In this document: piece after piece, positions 40,224 to 51,070 of the stretch
Layout of the letters: the number at the start of each line of letters is the position of its first letter
How positions within the stretch are numbered: position 1 is the stretch's first letter
Assembly (NCBI GenBank): GCA_937876355.1
Contig: CALFHN010000144.1
Location: 55,506-119,505 of the forward strand
Reading direction: 5' to 3'
Length of the DNA: 64,000 nt
Source: an uncultured Bacteroidota bacterium
GTDB lineage: Bacteria > Bacteroidota > Rhodothermia > Rhodothermales > UBA10348
Made by a program: the position numbers and the translations under genes
The notes under the pieces: generated by a model
Seen by the model: only the letters and a program-made list of their open reading frames with translations
Databases searched by the model: none
Told to the model about the DNA's origin: nothing

Positions 40224-41261
40224 TTATATCGCCTCCGCTTTGGAAGGAGCCATCGTTCTTCCAATCACTTCTGCGATTCGCCTAACCTGATCCATTAGCT
40301 CCGAAAAGGATTCAAATGGTAGCGATTGAGGGCCATCACTCAGCGCCTGGGAAGGATTTGGATGTACCTCAATCATCAAGCCATCTGCGCCGGCTGCTAC
40401 GGCGGCCAAGGCCATGGGAAGAATTTTATTCCGGATGCCTACGCCGTGACTAGGGTCTACGACTATGGGCAGATGACTTCGCGACTTAACAACGGGCACG
40501 GCGCTTAAATCTAGCGTGTTACGGGTATACGTTTCAAAGGTCCGAATTCCTCTTTCACACAAGATGACATTGGGGTTGTTTTCTGCCAAGATGTACTCTG
40601 CGCTCATCAACCATTCTTCTATCGTTGCCGCCAAGCCTCGCTTTAAAAAAACAGGGTGTCCCGATTGCCCAACTACCTTTAATAAGGAATAATTTTGCAT
40701 ATTTCGGGCGCCAATCTGAATGATATCGGCATATTTGCAGACTACGTCGGTGTGAGCAGGGTCCATAAGCTCGGTGACAACCTGAAGACCATGCGCATCG
40801 GCGGCTGCACGCATCATGATCAGGCCAGCCTCACCCAATCCTTGGAACGAATACGGAGACGAACGCGGTTTGAACGCGCCTCCTCTCAAGACCGTAGCGC
40901 CACACGAAGCGACATGAGCCGCCGTCTGATGAATTTGTTCTTCTGATTCGACGCTACACGGCCCGGCCATGATCACAACTTCGTTGCCCCCAACGACAAC
41001 ATTTCCCGAATGAACTACCGTGTTTTCAGACTTCCACGACCGGCTGGCCATTTTGTAGGGTTCTGTTACCCGATGAACTTCTGAAACTCCATCCAGCAGT
41101 TGAAGATGACGCGGATCAAAGGCAGGCTTTACACCGATCGCGCCAAGAATGGTCTGCTGCGAGCCGCTGCTTCGATGTACGTCAAACCCCTGGTTATTCA
41201 ACTGCTCAATGACGCTTTCAATTTGCTGCTCGGTCACCCCCACTTTCATGACAACTATCAT
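40224..41261 (-). CDS. aroG: 3-deoxy-7-phosphoheptulonate (DAHP) synthase, class I-beta, with an N-terminal regulatory domain.
   Basis: A KDO8P/DAHP synthase TIM-barrel (GPCSVES, KPRSSPYSFQG, DPSH) preceded by an ACT/FL-like domain of about 70 aa. Confidence 0.85.
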   Translation of the reverse strand: MIVVMKVGVTEQQIESVIEQLNNQGFDVHRSSGSQQTILGAIGVKPAFDPRHLQLLDGVSEVHRVTEPYKMASRSWKSENTVVHSGNVVVGGNEVVIMAGPCSVESEEQIHQTAAHVASCGATVLRGGAFKPRSSPYSFQGLGEAGLIMMRAAADAHGLQVVTELMDPAHTDVVCKYADIIQIGARNMQNYSLLKVVGQSGHPVFLKRGLAATIEEWLMSAEYILAENNPNVILCERGIRTFETYTRNTLDLSAVPVVKSRSHLPIVVDPSHGVGIRNKILPMALAAVAAGADGLMIEVHPNPSQALSDGPQSLPFESFSELMDQVRRIAEVIGRTMAPSKAEAI

Positions 41262-42556
41262 AACGTTACCTCCATCCCGACCTGTACCAAATGGTAATTT
41301 CGTTTCCCTTTTCGAAGCAAAATTAATTCGTTGTCTATAAGATGAGAGAGCGAAACAGTACCGTTTTCATCTTCGATTTTTTCGCCATTCACAAAAAGTC
41401 CACCCTGCCGAATTAAGCGGCGCGCTTCTCCATTAGAAGCCGTAATGCCGGTTTCCGTACATAGATTAAGAACGCCAATTCCATCGCCCGCGAACAGGTC
41501 CCTTGAGAGGGAAGTAGACGGTACATCTTCAAAAATATCCCTAAGATCCGAAACGCTGAGCGATTCTATCGAACCTCCGAACAAAACTTGGGACGCGGTC
41601 AGAGCTTTTTCATACGCCTCAGCCCCGTGGACCATGGTTGTGACCAATTGAGCTAATTCTTTGTGCGCGGCCCGAGCGCCAGGTTCTTCGGCAACACTTT
41701 TTTCAAAAACCTCAATTTCAGTCCGGTTGAGCCATGTAAAATATTTCAGGTAATCGATTACGTCTCTGTCGTCGGTGTTCATCCAAAACTGATAAAATCG
41801 ATAGGGAGACGTACGTTCTGGATCCAGCCAAACCGTGCCCGATTCTGTTTTCCCAAATTTAGTCCCCGCAGAATTGGTAACCAGTGGAAAAACAAGACCG
41901 TGGGCCTTCGAAGAATCAGCCTTCCGAATGAGATCGGTGCCAGCCAAAATATTACCCCATTGGTCGCTTCCACCCATTTGAAGCGTACATCCCATAAGGC
42001 GATGCAATGCCAAAAAATCATAGGCCTGGAGCATCATATAGGTAAATTCTGTATATGAAATGCCATCGTCCGACTGAATGCGACGTTTGACAGACTCCTT
42101 AGACAACATGTAATTGACGGTGAAATACTTGCCGACATCGCGAAGAAAATCGATGAGATGTAATTCACCCAGCCAATCTAGGTTGTTGACGATTTGAGCC
42201 GGATTACCTTCGCACTCAAAATCTAAAAACTGAGCCAATTGGCTCCTGATTCCTGCCAGATTGAGATCAACCTGCTCACGATTTAGCAGTTGACGTTCCG
42301 CAGTCTTTCCACTTGGATCGCCAATTAGTCCCGTTCCACCGCCCACTAACGCGAGAGGGGTGTGACCAAAACGCTGAAGACGAGCCAACCCCATTATCGG
42401 CAGCAGAGACCCCACGTGGAGGCTTGAGGCCGTAGGGTCGAAGCCTATATATGCCGTCACGCGCTCGGTGGCCAGGACATCCTTCAATTCTGCCGTGGCA
42501 TCAAAAAGTAAGCCACGCCATTCAAACTCCTCAAATATATTTCCTTGCTCAGACAC
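41258..42556 (-). CDS. tyrS: Tyrosine--tRNA ligase.
   Basis: HIGH-type motif (SLHVGSL), KMSKS-type motif (KFGKTESG) and a C-terminal S4 domain. Confidence 0.9.
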   Translation of the reverse strand: MSEQGNIFEEFEWRGLLFDATAELKDVLATERVTAYIGFDPTASSLHVGSLLPIMGLARLQRFGHTPLALVGGGTGLIGDPSGKTAERQLLNREQVDLNLAGIRSQLAQFLDFECEGNPAQIVNNLDWLGELHLIDFLRDVGKYFTVNYMLSKESVKRRIQSDDGISYTEFTYMMLQAYDFLALHRLMGCTLQMGGSDQWGNILAGTDLIRKADSSKAHGLVFPLVTNSAGTKFGKTESGTVWLDPERTSPYRFYQFWMNTDDRDVIDYLKYFTWLNRTEIEVFEKSVAEEPGARAAHKELAQLVTTMVHGAEAYEKALTASQVLFGGSIESLSVSDLRDIFEDVPSTSLSRDLFAGDGIGVLNLCTETGITASNGEARRLIRQGGLFVNGEKIEDENGTVSLSHLIDNELILLRKGKRNYHLVQVGMEVTL

Positions 42557-42669
42557 GGGTACGATTTAGATAGGTTAAGAGGATTGTAGGACAACAAAAA
42601 GAGCCCCTGTAGACCCCTTTAGTGGGTGGCTGTTCCGCAGTAGTGAAGTAGGCACGCTTCTTCTGTCGA

Positions 42670-43737
42670 CTATTGGTACCGCTCAAGTTTAAACTTTTCG
42701 CCCAAATATCTTCGACGCACCTCTGGATCGGAGGCTAAGGCTACGGCTGTTCCCTGTTTCAAAATTTTGCCTTCGTACAAAAGATAGGCCCTATCTGTGA
42801 TGGCGAGTGTCTCGTGTACGTTGTGATCGGTGATCAAAACACCGATTCCCCGCTTTTTAAGCTCCCTTACGATGGTTTGAATATCCTCAACAGCGATGGG
42901 GTCCACGCCAGCAAAAGGTTCGTCCAACAGGAAAAAAGAGGGGCGGGTGGCGAGCGCCCGCGCAATTTCAGTGCGGCGGCGCTCGCCACCCGACAACATA
43001 TACCCTTTTGACCGTCTAACTTTATCCAGACCGAATTCCATGATCAATTCCTCTACTCTCAATTTGCGATCCGCGCGGGACATCGACTGGTATTCGAGGA
43101 CGGCGTAGAAATTATCTTCGACCGTAAGTTGGCTAAAAATAGATGCTTCCTGAGCCAAATAGCCGATCCCACGCCTAGCACGCTCATACATTGGCATCCG
43201 AGTAATATTTTCGGCCCCTAAATAAACGTTGCCGCCATCTGGCCGAATCATCCCCATGAGCATGTAGAACGTAGTTGTTTTACCTGCGCCGTTTGGCCCC
43301 AATAACCCCACGATTTCGCCTTGCTGGACCTCCAATTCAATCGCTTTCACGACAGATCTCTTGCGATACTTTTTGAGCAAACCTTCGGCTTTTAACACCA
43401 GCGTTCCGAGCGATGAATTCGGAATTCCAACTTCATCGTGGGCTTCAGGTGCCTTAGTGGCTTTCCGAACCAATTCATCCATAAAAGGATCTACCCGAGC
43501 CTCCTCCCCGCCCGTTTGGGGCAGAATTGGGCTATTCGGGATCATTCGATAGGCTTGCCGCCATGCTGAAACTGCTTTACTCTCCTGCTGGTCTGCCTCA
43601 TAGGCTTGAGCCAACAATACATGAGCAATCACGTACGTGGGAACGAGGTCTACAACTTGTTCAAGCAACGGAATAGCCTTTTCAGGATTCCCGTCCTTAA
43701 AAAATTCCAATGCTTGCTCGATTTCGCGAAGTGCCAT
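42670..43737 (-). CDS. lptB: LPS export ABC ATPase LptB with a TPR-like N-terminal extension of about 110 aa.
   Basis: Walker A (GPNGAGKTT), signature (LSGGERRR) and Walker B (FLLDEP). The ATG lies 1 bp past the lptA-like stop (43739), so the genes are tightly packed. Confidence 0.8.
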   Translation of the reverse strand: MALREIEQALEFFKDGNPEKAIPLLEQVVDLVPTYVIAHVLLAQAYEADQQESKAVSAWRQAYRMIPNSPILPQTGGEEARVDPFMDELVRKATKAPEAHDEVGIPNSSLGTLVLKAEGLLKKYRKRSVVKAIELEVQQGEIVGLLGPNGAGKTTTFYMLMGMIRPDGGNVYLGAENITRMPMYERARRGIGYLAQEASIFSQLTVEDNFYAVLEYQSMSRADRKLRVEELIMEFGLDKVRRSKGYMLSGGERRRTEIARALATRPSFFLLDEPFAGVDPIAVEDIQTIVRELKKRGIGVLITDHNVHETLAITDRAYLLYEGKILKQGTAVALASDPEVRRRYLGEKFKLERYQ

Positions 43738-43738
43738 A

Positions 43739-45145
43739 TCAGTGATTTGCCGTCCGATTGCGAGATTGGGCTTCGAACCAAAACTCCCATGAAAGTACGG
43801 CTCTGTCGGGCATTAATTCCGGGGTCCACGTAAATCCTGAGAGATTAGAAAGCTGATCAAAAAGGTTTTCGGCATAAAGCAAGGCTTTTACGTCCTCGTA
43901 AAAGCCAACATAAACCGGTTCACCATCTTCAAACTTAAACACCACTCCATCTCCAGAAGCCGATATCGCGCTTAGAGGATCGTCTGGAGATTCTCGTGTA
44001 TAAAAAAGAGCTTCTGCATTTTCTTCTAATATGAGAGTACGAAGCGAATCATCTCTCAAAACAGCCATAAGACGTCGGCCGCTTAGCTGCTGGATCCTTT
44101 CCGACGAACTGTCCTGGCTGGCTACAAACACGCTTCCGTATCCAAACAACGAGTCAGGATTTGCGATCGTCACTGTAGAATCACGTGTTTCGGTACCAGA
44201 ATCTGAACTGTAAAATAAACTGTCCGCCGAAATTTGGGTTCGCTCCAACCACGCCAACGGGTTTCCAAAAATTCGGCTTATGCGTTTGCCATCGCGCAAG
44301 CTCAACGTAATCAGGGAGTCGCCTCTAAGGGCATAACTTTTTGTTGAAACCACAACAGAATCGACGGCGGTCACAGAATTTTTCCCATCCTGCCCCAAAA
44401 GACTCATTTTTTGTGCAAATACGTAAGCCGTGTCAGATTGGGCAAAATCGATTTTTGCCAATCTGGTACTTCCGCTGACTTGCATGGAATCTTTTTTAAC
44501 ATCTCGAAAAAGGTAATCGGCAATGATATGAGTTGATGTGGAGTCAGTCACTTGTTCAATTAATACCCTTCCCCAGGCTTCGGAAATTTCTTCATCCCTC
44601 GAATACGACACAGAATCTGCATGAACATTCACTTCATCCTGGGAAAATTGCACCTCTCCAGAAAACAGAGCTTGGTTGATGTCGCTCAAATAAACAGCCC
44701 GCTCGGCCAGCAGGACACCGAGACTGTCCGTATAGCTGACCCCGTCTTCGAATTCTGTTCTGTCCTGCTCGGAAAAATGGGTCGCATTAGGGGCCCGTAT
44801 TTTGGCAACTCCATCCGTCAAAAAAACGTTGCCCTCTGCAATCCCAATCTTGGTATCCTGATTGTATCTAACTCGATCGGCCCGCAGGGTATCTTCGACT
44901 TCCATAATTTCAACGTTTCCCCAAAAGCGCACAAAACCGTTCCCTTCGTCCATTCCAAAATCAGACCGCAGAACTGAGTCTTTTTGAGTCAACACGGGCC
45001 GAGTTAGGTCAAAAACAGTTCGGCCGTCTATTTGCCGTGCCCGAAGATTTGCAGCCTTCAATCCAATCTCTTTCCGCTCCTGAGCACTGGCCATGTGTGT
45101 TCCAGAAAGAAGGATTACCAGTATGACGATTCCAGCTCTATTCAT
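43739..45145 (-). CDS. lptA: OstA-N/LptA-family periplasmic protein; a large LptA homolog.
   Basis: Signal peptide plus an OstA-like beta-jellyroll N-terminus. It sits between the lptC-like gene and lptB. Confidence 0.55.
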   Translation of the reverse strand: MNRAGIVILVILLSGTHMASAQERKEIGLKAANLRARQIDGRTVFDLTRPVLTQKDSVLRSDFGMDEGNGFVRFWGNVEIMEVEDTLRADRVRYNQDTKIGIAEGNVFLTDGVAKIRAPNATHFSEQDRTEFEDGVSYTDSLGVLLAERAVYLSDINQALFSGEVQFSQDEVNVHADSVSYSRDEEISEAWGRVLIEQVTDSTSTHIIADYLFRDVKKDSMQVSGSTRLAKIDFAQSDTAYVFAQKMSLLGQDGKNSVTAVDSVVVSTKSYALRGDSLITLSLRDGKRISRIFGNPLAWLERTQISADSLFYSSDSGTETRDSTVTIANPDSLFGYGSVFVASQDSSSERIQQLSGRRLMAVLRDDSLRTLILEENAEALFYTRESPDDPLSAISASGDGVVFKFEDGEPVYVGFYEDVKALLYAENLFDQLSNLSGFTWTPELMPDRAVLSWEFWFEAQSRNRTANH

Positions 45146-45731
45146 CTTCAGAAATTAGGGTCCCGGTGACTCTCTTTAGGCTGAAGTCAAACAAGTTTTC
45201 GTCCGAATCAAATTCGTACCCACTTAGCGTCTCTTTCGGCGTTTTTATAGTTGCATAACCTGGAGTATGAACTCGCGACGTCTTCTCGGACCAAGAAAGA
45301 TGCTCTGCATAAAGAAAACGATTGTCTTTTGCTTGCACCACAACCTTTCCTTCTGCGTTGAAACGACGTTCGCGTTCGAAGTAGACTATGCGATTTGCAA
45401 ACACCGTTGCACTGGAGTCTCCGCGAGCATCAAAAATGTCTACTCTGACCTGGCTTGAGTCGACGCCAAGGGAAGACAATACCATGTACGTGCTATCCTG
45501 TGTCTCAAAGTTGGCCAAATAGGCTGCTGTCATCGTTAATCGGGGCAACCCATTTTCGCTGATGTGCATAATTGGATCCCAACTCTCCGAGACCGGCCCG
45601 TCTTCATCCAACAGACTTTGAACAGTAACGCCAGAATCATGCATTCGACATCCTGAAAACAGAATAACCGCACAAAAAAGGGATGGAACGACGAAACGAA
45701 TCATGAAATGCAGGGGAAAAAGGGTTTCCAA
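45138..45731 (-). CDS. LptC-like membrane-anchored protein (putative).
   Basis: 197 aa with an N-terminal anchor or lipobox (LFSGC). It overlaps the lptA-like start by 8 bp. Confidence 0.4.
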   Translation of the reverse strand: METLFPLHFMIRFVVPSLFCAVILFSGCRMHDSGVTVQSLLDEDGPVSESWDPIMHISENGLPRLTMTAAYLANFETQDSTYMVLSSLGVDSSQVRVDIFDARGDSSATVFANRIVYFERERRFNAEGKVVVQAKDNRFLYAEHLSWSEKTSRVHTPGYATIKTPKETLSGYEFDSDENLFDFSLKRVTGTLISEDE

Positions 45732-45749
45732 TAATACGTCATATCAGTC

Positions 45750-46439
45750 TTAAAACTTCGTCTGCTCTCCCGCTTTCAAAATTCGAAAAACTGCTTTTGC
45801 AGATCCGGACGACTGTCCAAGAATTCGAACAAATGATTCGCACACTTCAACAAGGCTCGCTACTGGACCATCATCGAGCGGCGCATACACGGCCGCCGCG
45901 ACTGTTAACGTAGAGCTACTCGTTTTTGTCCCCATTGAATCTTTCACCGGATTCACAATAGGCGTTGAAATTCCATTTGGTTCCACCGAACATCCTACAA
46001 TCAAGTCTTCAAGATCAATAGAGTGGCCCGCATGGTTAAAAACATACGATTCCGACTGCCCTCCGAGTCGAAATTCAAATGAATCGGCCCCGGAACTGTC
46101 TACGTCCCAAATGGAAATGGGAAGCAAACTTTGAATACTCAACATATTGCAGCAATCCACAAGCGTGTTAATTCGGGGAAACTCACCCTCGATAGCCGTC
46201 CGCAACAGATATTCACTCGCTGGTTTTGCTCTGCCCGCCGGTTTATACGATCCGTTTCGAAATACGTCTCGAACAACTGCCCTAAAACCGTCTTCTAGCG
46301 GCCCCAGGCATGCTTGAAGGCCAGAAAGGCGGTGGAAAATCCCATCGATCAGCTCCGGAATAAGTGTAGTTGCATCAACTTCATGAGCAAGAACGATACC
46401 CAGTCGAAGTTTAGGCGGGCCGTCATGTTTAAATATCAT
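45750..46439 (-). CDS. B3/B4 tRNA-binding-domain protein (putative).
   Basis: A roughly 230-aa protein with motifs resembling the PheT B3/4 domain (EFPRINTLVDCCNMLSI). Confidence 0.45.
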   Translation of the reverse strand: MIFKHDGPPKLRLGIVLAHEVDATTLIPELIDGIFHRLSGLQACLGPLEDGFRAVVRDVFRNGSYKPAGRAKPASEYLLRTAIEGEFPRINTLVDCCNMLSIQSLLPISIWDVDSSGADSFEFRLGGQSESYVFNHAGHSIDLEDLIVGCSVEPNGISTPIVNPVKDSMGTKTSSSTLTVAAAVYAPLDDGPVASLVEVCESFVRILGQSSGSAKAVFRILKAGEQTKF

Positions 46440-46611
46440 CGTGCTTGAATTCCATTCTCCTCCGAACGTATATAGTAGAGTAGATCAACCAAAACCTGGT
46501 TGAGGATGACAATGCTGAAATGTCGCCAATAATAGGGCCAATTGCACGCTTTAGTTTGACCATAGGTAGCCGATAACAAATTCGACTGTACCATGTACAA
46601 ACAGCAAACAA

Positions 46612-46860
46612 TTGGCTATGCAAGCGACAAAAATGAACTTTACAATCGAACCAATTACGCACGATAGTGTGGTAATACGGGTCGGCAAAGCAGATCCTGT
46701 TCAAGCTCTAATTGGTAACGTGCTAGAAGACAGCGTCGAAACTCGATTTGGAGATGATATCCTCATGTTCTGGTTAGAACGTGAAGCATCGCGTGAACGC
46801 CAAAACAGAGGCCCTACACCTCGATGGTTCTCTCCTTTTTCAGAAGGAACTCAAACCTAA
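46612..46860 (+). CDS. Small hypothetical protein of 82 aa.
   Basis: The only open frame in a 420-bp intergenic space. No recognisable family. Confidence 0.25.
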   Translation: MAMQATKMNFTIEPITHDSVVIRVGKADPVQALIGNVLEDSVETRFGDDILMFWLEREASRERQNRGPTPRWFSPFSEGTQT

Positions 46861-47975
46861 CCATTTCGGAGTTCTCGAAGAAGCCAATCAAGGTCCTCAA
46901 TAGAATTGTAGGCGTGCACGGAGATACGAAGGCCGCCTTGCCTTGCTGTTACCCAGACATGCCTTTCCTGAAGGCTCGCTTTTATTTGGCCGGCATTTTC
47001 AAATAAGGCCAGAGTAATTCCCGATGCATACGATTCTGAGCCATCAGATCGGATGGCAATCCCGAGTTCGGACAAACCTTCACGCAAATAGGCCGAAAGG
47101 TACTTTATCCGGCCTGAAATGGCATTTTCTGGGGGATCTGAAAGCAAACGTAATGCTTCCCCCATTGCAAAAATACCGGGAAAAGGAGGGTGCCCCATTT
47201 CGTGACCAATCCCTTCTGACAACATGTCCAACCGGTCATTTTCAAGATCGTAAGCTCGTTTCGCGCTTCGCCATCCTACTAATGGTGGCACCGCAGCCTT
47301 CCACGAACCTCCAGTCGATAACACTGCATTTCCATATCCGGCTGTAGCCCATTTGTATCCGCTGAACACCAAAGCGTCGATATGGTCGCGCACCATGTCG
47401 ATTTGAAAGGCCCCAATCGACTGTGTAGCGTCTACTACAAAGAGCACTTCGTGGGCCCGACAAACCGCTCCAATAGATTCGAGATCCGCCCGGAAACCAT
47501 TTGCAAACTGGACCGAGCTTAGGACGAAGAGGTCATGTTTACCGGAATCCAGAGCAGCTGAAACCATGTCCGCGTCGACGTAACCTGAAGGAGCCGTTTC
47601 CAAGAAATCAATGGTATGCCCCGCCCGTATAAAAGGTGTGGTGCACGACGGAAACTCGGGTCGAATAGCCAGAATACGACTTCCGGGTGGGAGACTCCGG
47701 GCCGCAATGTTCAATCCCAAAGATGCATTTTGAAGAAAGGCCGTCCCTTCAGTCGAAGCGCCTACAAATTTTGCGACATCAGCACGATCGGTTTCAGATC
47801 GATTGAGCCACCGGTCCCAATTAATATCGCCATCATCAACAGACTCATTGAAATACTGAATCGCCGCAACGGCCACTTGTTTTGCCATCACGCCCCCTCC
47901 TGCCGTATTTAAATATGCCCTGCCCTCTAGTGCCGGAAACTTTGAGCGAAATGAAATCCAGTCGTAAGTATTCAT
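46857..47975 (-). CDS. Class V aminotransferase-fold PLP enzyme (cysteine desulfurase / selenocysteine lyase-like).
   Basis: PLP-lysine context FSGYKW and a 372-aa AAT-V fold. Confidence 0.8.
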   Translation of the reverse strand: MNTYDWISFRSKFPALEGRAYLNTAGGGVMAKQVAVAAIQYFNESVDDGDINWDRWLNRSETDRADVAKFVGASTEGTAFLQNASLGLNIAARSLPPGSRILAIRPEFPSCTTPFIRAGHTIDFLETAPSGYVDADMVSAALDSGKHDLFVLSSVQFANGFRADLESIGAVCRAHEVLFVVDATQSIGAFQIDMVRDHIDALVFSGYKWATAGYGNAVLSTGGSWKAAVPPLVGWRSAKRAYDLENDRLDMLSEGIGHEMGHPPFPGIFAMGEALRLLSDPPENAISGRIKYLSAYLREGLSELGIAIRSDGSESYASGITLALFENAGQIKASLQERHVWVTARQGGLRISVHAYNSIEDLDWLLRELRNG

Positions 47976-48181
47976 CTAATCATGTTGACCTGAGTTGTGA
48001 GCACATTATGCCAATCTAAATCATTGTCGCAAAACCTCTTCCACCTAAGCAACGAAATATTTATTCAACCGTTAAAATCGACGGTTGAACCTATGAATGC
48101 GACCGTAGTACCGAAACCCCTTGCAAATTGAGATACAAAAGTGGAATTTCGCTGCGAATGGTACCCTCACGACATATTAAC

Positions 48182-48661
48182 ATGAAGCGTTTCGTTGGCA
48201 TTTTTGCAGTATTTGCCTTGATTGGATTTGCGGGCTGCCGCGATTTCAGTGTGAATCAGGATGGCGAAAACTCAAATGAACGAAGCCCCCGGAAGTTCAC
48301 GGTATCAGGCGACGGTCCGTTTGAAATGTCTCAGGGCGACGTCATTCACGTTGAAGGGACTAACCTAACGATGGAATTCAGATTCGTGCTTTCGGACAGT
48401 CGCTGCCCGACCAATGTGTTGTGTATTCATCCAGGAGATGCGGAAATTTTACTGGACATCTCCAGTAGTGACAACCGTCTTCTGCAAATTCAGGCTCACA
48501 TCCCGGGTTTAGTGCCAACGCCCTATGAGACCAATAACATTATTCAGTTTGAAGGATATCGGTTTCAGTTACTCCGGCTGTCTCCGTATCCCGTTGATGG
48601 AACCGAACAACCCAAAGAGTCGGATTACGTTGCTCTAATCAACATTTCTTCCGTTTTTTAA
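48182..48661 (+). CDS. Hypothetical lipoprotein.
   Basis: Signal peptide with a lipobox (LIGFAGC). The start was set at MKRFVG. Confidence 0.5.
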   Translation: MKRFVGIFAVFALIGFAGCRDFSVNQDGENSNERSPRKFTVSGDGPFEMSQGDVIHVEGTNLTMEFRFVLSDSRCPTNVLCIHPGDAEILLDISSSDNRLLQIQAHIPGLVPTPYETNNIIQFEGYRFQLLRLSPYPVDGTEQPKESDYVALINISSVF

Positions 48662-48845
48662 TTAAACTAACCTTTATTCGAGACGCTTGTCTTCCATGCC
48701 AAGGCACGCAAGTGAGAAGATACCCAGCCGAGGGGCGTTTCATTTGATTGATTCACGTTTTTTTCCTCTGCCTGCCCGAACCTGACCTAAGAATACCTCG
48801 TACTTTGGAGATCTTAACTCAAATTTTCCATTTACGAGAAGTCTT

Positions 48846-49277
48846 ATGGCTATAGAGCGCACACTTGCCATTCTAAAACCGGACTGCGTCCGCAAAAATT
48901 TAATCGGCGAAGTCATTCGACGCATGCAGGAAGCTGGTTTTAAAGTTCTTGCACTAAAAATGATCAATCTTTCTACGGCCGAAGCCGGTGGATTCTATGA
49001 AGTTCACCGAGAGCGGCCATTTTTTGGAGAATTGGTCGATTTTATGTCGTCAGGTCCATGTGTACCCATCGTGCTTGAAAAAGAAAATGCTGTTGCCGAT
49101 TTTCGTACTCTTATTGGAGCAACGGATCCTGCCGAGGCTGCAGCTGGTACCATACGTCGCGACTTTGCGGATAATAAAGGACAAAACATTGTTCACGGTT
49201 CTGACTCTGTTGAAAACGGACGCCTTGAATCCAATTTTTACTTCCCAGAAGTGGAAATCGTTAACAATGCAAGCTAG
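48846..49277 (+). CDS. ndk: Nucleoside diphosphate kinase.
   Basis: TLAILKPD…NIVHGSDS, with the active-site histidine. Confidence 0.95.
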   Translation: MAIERTLAILKPDCVRKNLIGEVIRRMQEAGFKVLALKMINLSTAEAGGFYEVHRERPFFGELVDFMSSGPCVPIVLEKENAVADFRTLIGATDPAEAAAGTIRRDFADNKGQNIVHGSDSVENGRLESNFYFPEVEIVNNAS

Positions 49278-50550
49278 GCTTTTGGCCGTTCTAGTTGGTA
49301 TAGTGCTTCTTTCTGGCTGTTCGGACGTGAAAGAAGTAGTTGAAATTGGCGTTGGGGCGGATCTTACGATCCGCCCCAACGCTGCCGTTTTAACTGGCGC
49401 TGAAGTATTAGTAGCCGCTGACTTTAACGAGTTAGACGGACTTCGTGTGGGACTGATAGCAAACCACACCTCACGAATTGGCGATCGGCACCTAATCGAC
49501 ATCATGTCGAAGTCCCCAGAGGTCGAATTGGTCGCATTATTTGGTCCTGAACACGGTATTCGGGGAGACGAGGACGCTGGAGAAAAGATTGAAGATGGGA
49601 TTGATGTAACCACCGGTATTCCAGTTTTTAGCTTGTATGGATCAGTCCGGCGCCCAACCCCGGACATGTTAAGGGACGTAGATGCCCTCGTTTTTGATAT
49701 CCAGGACGTAGGAGCCCGGTTTTACACCTTCATTTCTACGCTAGGGTTGTCTATGCAATCGGCGGCCGAGGCTGGACTTCCTTTTTTAGTGTTGGACAGG
49801 CCCAATCCGCTCGGCGGCAACAAAATGGAAGGTTTTGTTCTGGACACCACTTTTGTTTCTTTCGTCGGTCAATACCCTATTCCTGTTCGGCACGGACTAA
49901 CCATTGGTGAACTTGCCCAAATGATCAAAGGGGAAGCTTGGTTGCCTGGTCTAGGCAAGTTGGATTTGAGAGTGATCAAGATGCAAAACTGGTCTCGAAA
50001 CATGCTCTGGCCTGACACCAAGCTAGAATGGATACCGACCAGCCCAAATCTTCCGTCATTTGAAACCGCTCTGATGTACCCCGGCACGTGTTTTTTTGAA
50101 GCGACTACCGCCAGCGAGGGCCGAGGTACTGCCTTGCCTTTTTTAACCATCGGAGCGCCTTGGATGGACACTGGCGCCATGGTCAGTCCTAAAATAGATC
50201 ATGTAGTGTTGACCACCGGCCAGATCACTCCCATCGATATTCCCGGAAAGTCATCAAACCCGAAATGGAAGGACGTTCAAATAGAAAACATTTCGATCCA
50301 AATCATTGAGCCGCACCAATTGGATCCCGTATCGACCGGACTCGAGTTGATATCTAGGATGTATGCATCCGCCAGTGAAGACGTTCGGGCAACCATGTTT
50401 AACGAGCGCTGGTTATCCCTGTTGGGAGGAACGACGAAATTGAAAGAAATGCTTGAAATGAATCTGACAGCCGAACAATTCCGAAACTCCTGGGAAGGGG
50501 ATTTGGCTCAGTTTGACGAATTACGTCAAAAATATCTGTTGTACGACTAG
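49267..50550 (+). CDS. namZ: DUF1343-family protein (NamZ-like exo-beta-N-acetylmuramidase).
   Basis: Signal peptide or lipobox (LLSGCS) and DUF1343 conservation ([21 protein letters not shown]). The start was set at MQARLL, and the gene overlaps ndk by 11 bp. Confidence 0.8.
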   Translation: MQARLLAVLVGIVLLSGCSDVKEVVEIGVGADLTIRPNAAVLTGAEVLVAADFNELDGLRVGLIANHTSRIGDRHLIDIMSKSPEVELVALFGPEHGIRGDEDAGEKIEDGIDVTTGIPVFSLYGSVRRPTPDMLRDVDALVFDIQDVGARFYTFISTLGLSMQSAAEAGLPFLVLDRPNPLGGNKMEGFVLDTTFVSFVGQYPIPVRHGLTIGELAQMIKGEAWLPGLGKLDLRVIKMQNWSRNMLWPDTKLEWIPTSPNLPSFETALMYPGTCFFEATTASEGRGTALPFLTIGAPWMDTGAMVSPKIDHVVLTTGQITPIDIPGKSSNPKWKDVQIENISIQIIEPHQLDPVSTGLELISRMYASASEDVRATMFNERWLSLLGGTTKLKEMLEMNLTAEQFRNSWEGDLAQFDELRQKYLLYD

Positions 50551-50640
50551 AATCGAAAGCTCACTATTTTAATGAGAGCGTCTTCATCCCCTACTACTTG
50601 GAATTATTTAAAGGGTGCCGATGAAGTCAAGTAGGCCCAA

Positions 50641-51000
50641 TTACCGGGCGGTTTCCGCCTCTTTGGAAGGGCGCCAAAGAATGGCATAAATAATTTCAAG
50701 ATAACCTGCTAATAGAATCAATGGCGCAACATACAAGGAAATGAAGCCGTCCATTTCGTTTTCCATGCGCATAATGACATACCCGAAAACGATCATGACG
50801 AGTCCAAGGGTCAGCAGCACGTAATTTCGACGGGTAAATACCATAGCCCCTCGCTTACGAGCTTGACGCTGGCGTTGCTTGGTGCTTCTTGCCGAGTTTT
50901 GATTTGTCCTTGCCACTGTTAAAGGGGGGTTCGTATGGAGGTCAGGCGTGCTCATTCCGAACCCGATTGGTACATCCAGGTTCCGTTTGAACTCTTCCAA
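50641..51000 (-). CDS. Small two-helix membrane protein (DUF3098-like).
   Basis: A basic N-terminus and two transmembrane helices. An alternative start at MVFTRRNY (50844) is possible. Confidence 0.4.
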   Translation of the reverse strand: MEEFKRNLDVPIGFGMSTPDLHTNPPLTVARTNQNSARSTKQRQRQARKRGAMVFTRRNYVLLTLGLVMIVFGYVIMRMENEMDGFISLYVAPLILLAGYLEIIYAILWRPSKEAETAR

Positions 51001-51070
51001 TAGGAATCTGGCGTTAGGAATTTTTCTAGGGGAAGGATGTTCGTAGATTGGGACTCATATCTATACAAGT

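Noticed and set aside
48988-49266. Long N-terminal extension of the DUF1343/NamZ ORF overlapping ndk in another frame
   Set aside because: It overlaps the ndk gene. A signal-peptide-bearing start ([18 protein letters not shown]) is found at 49267.
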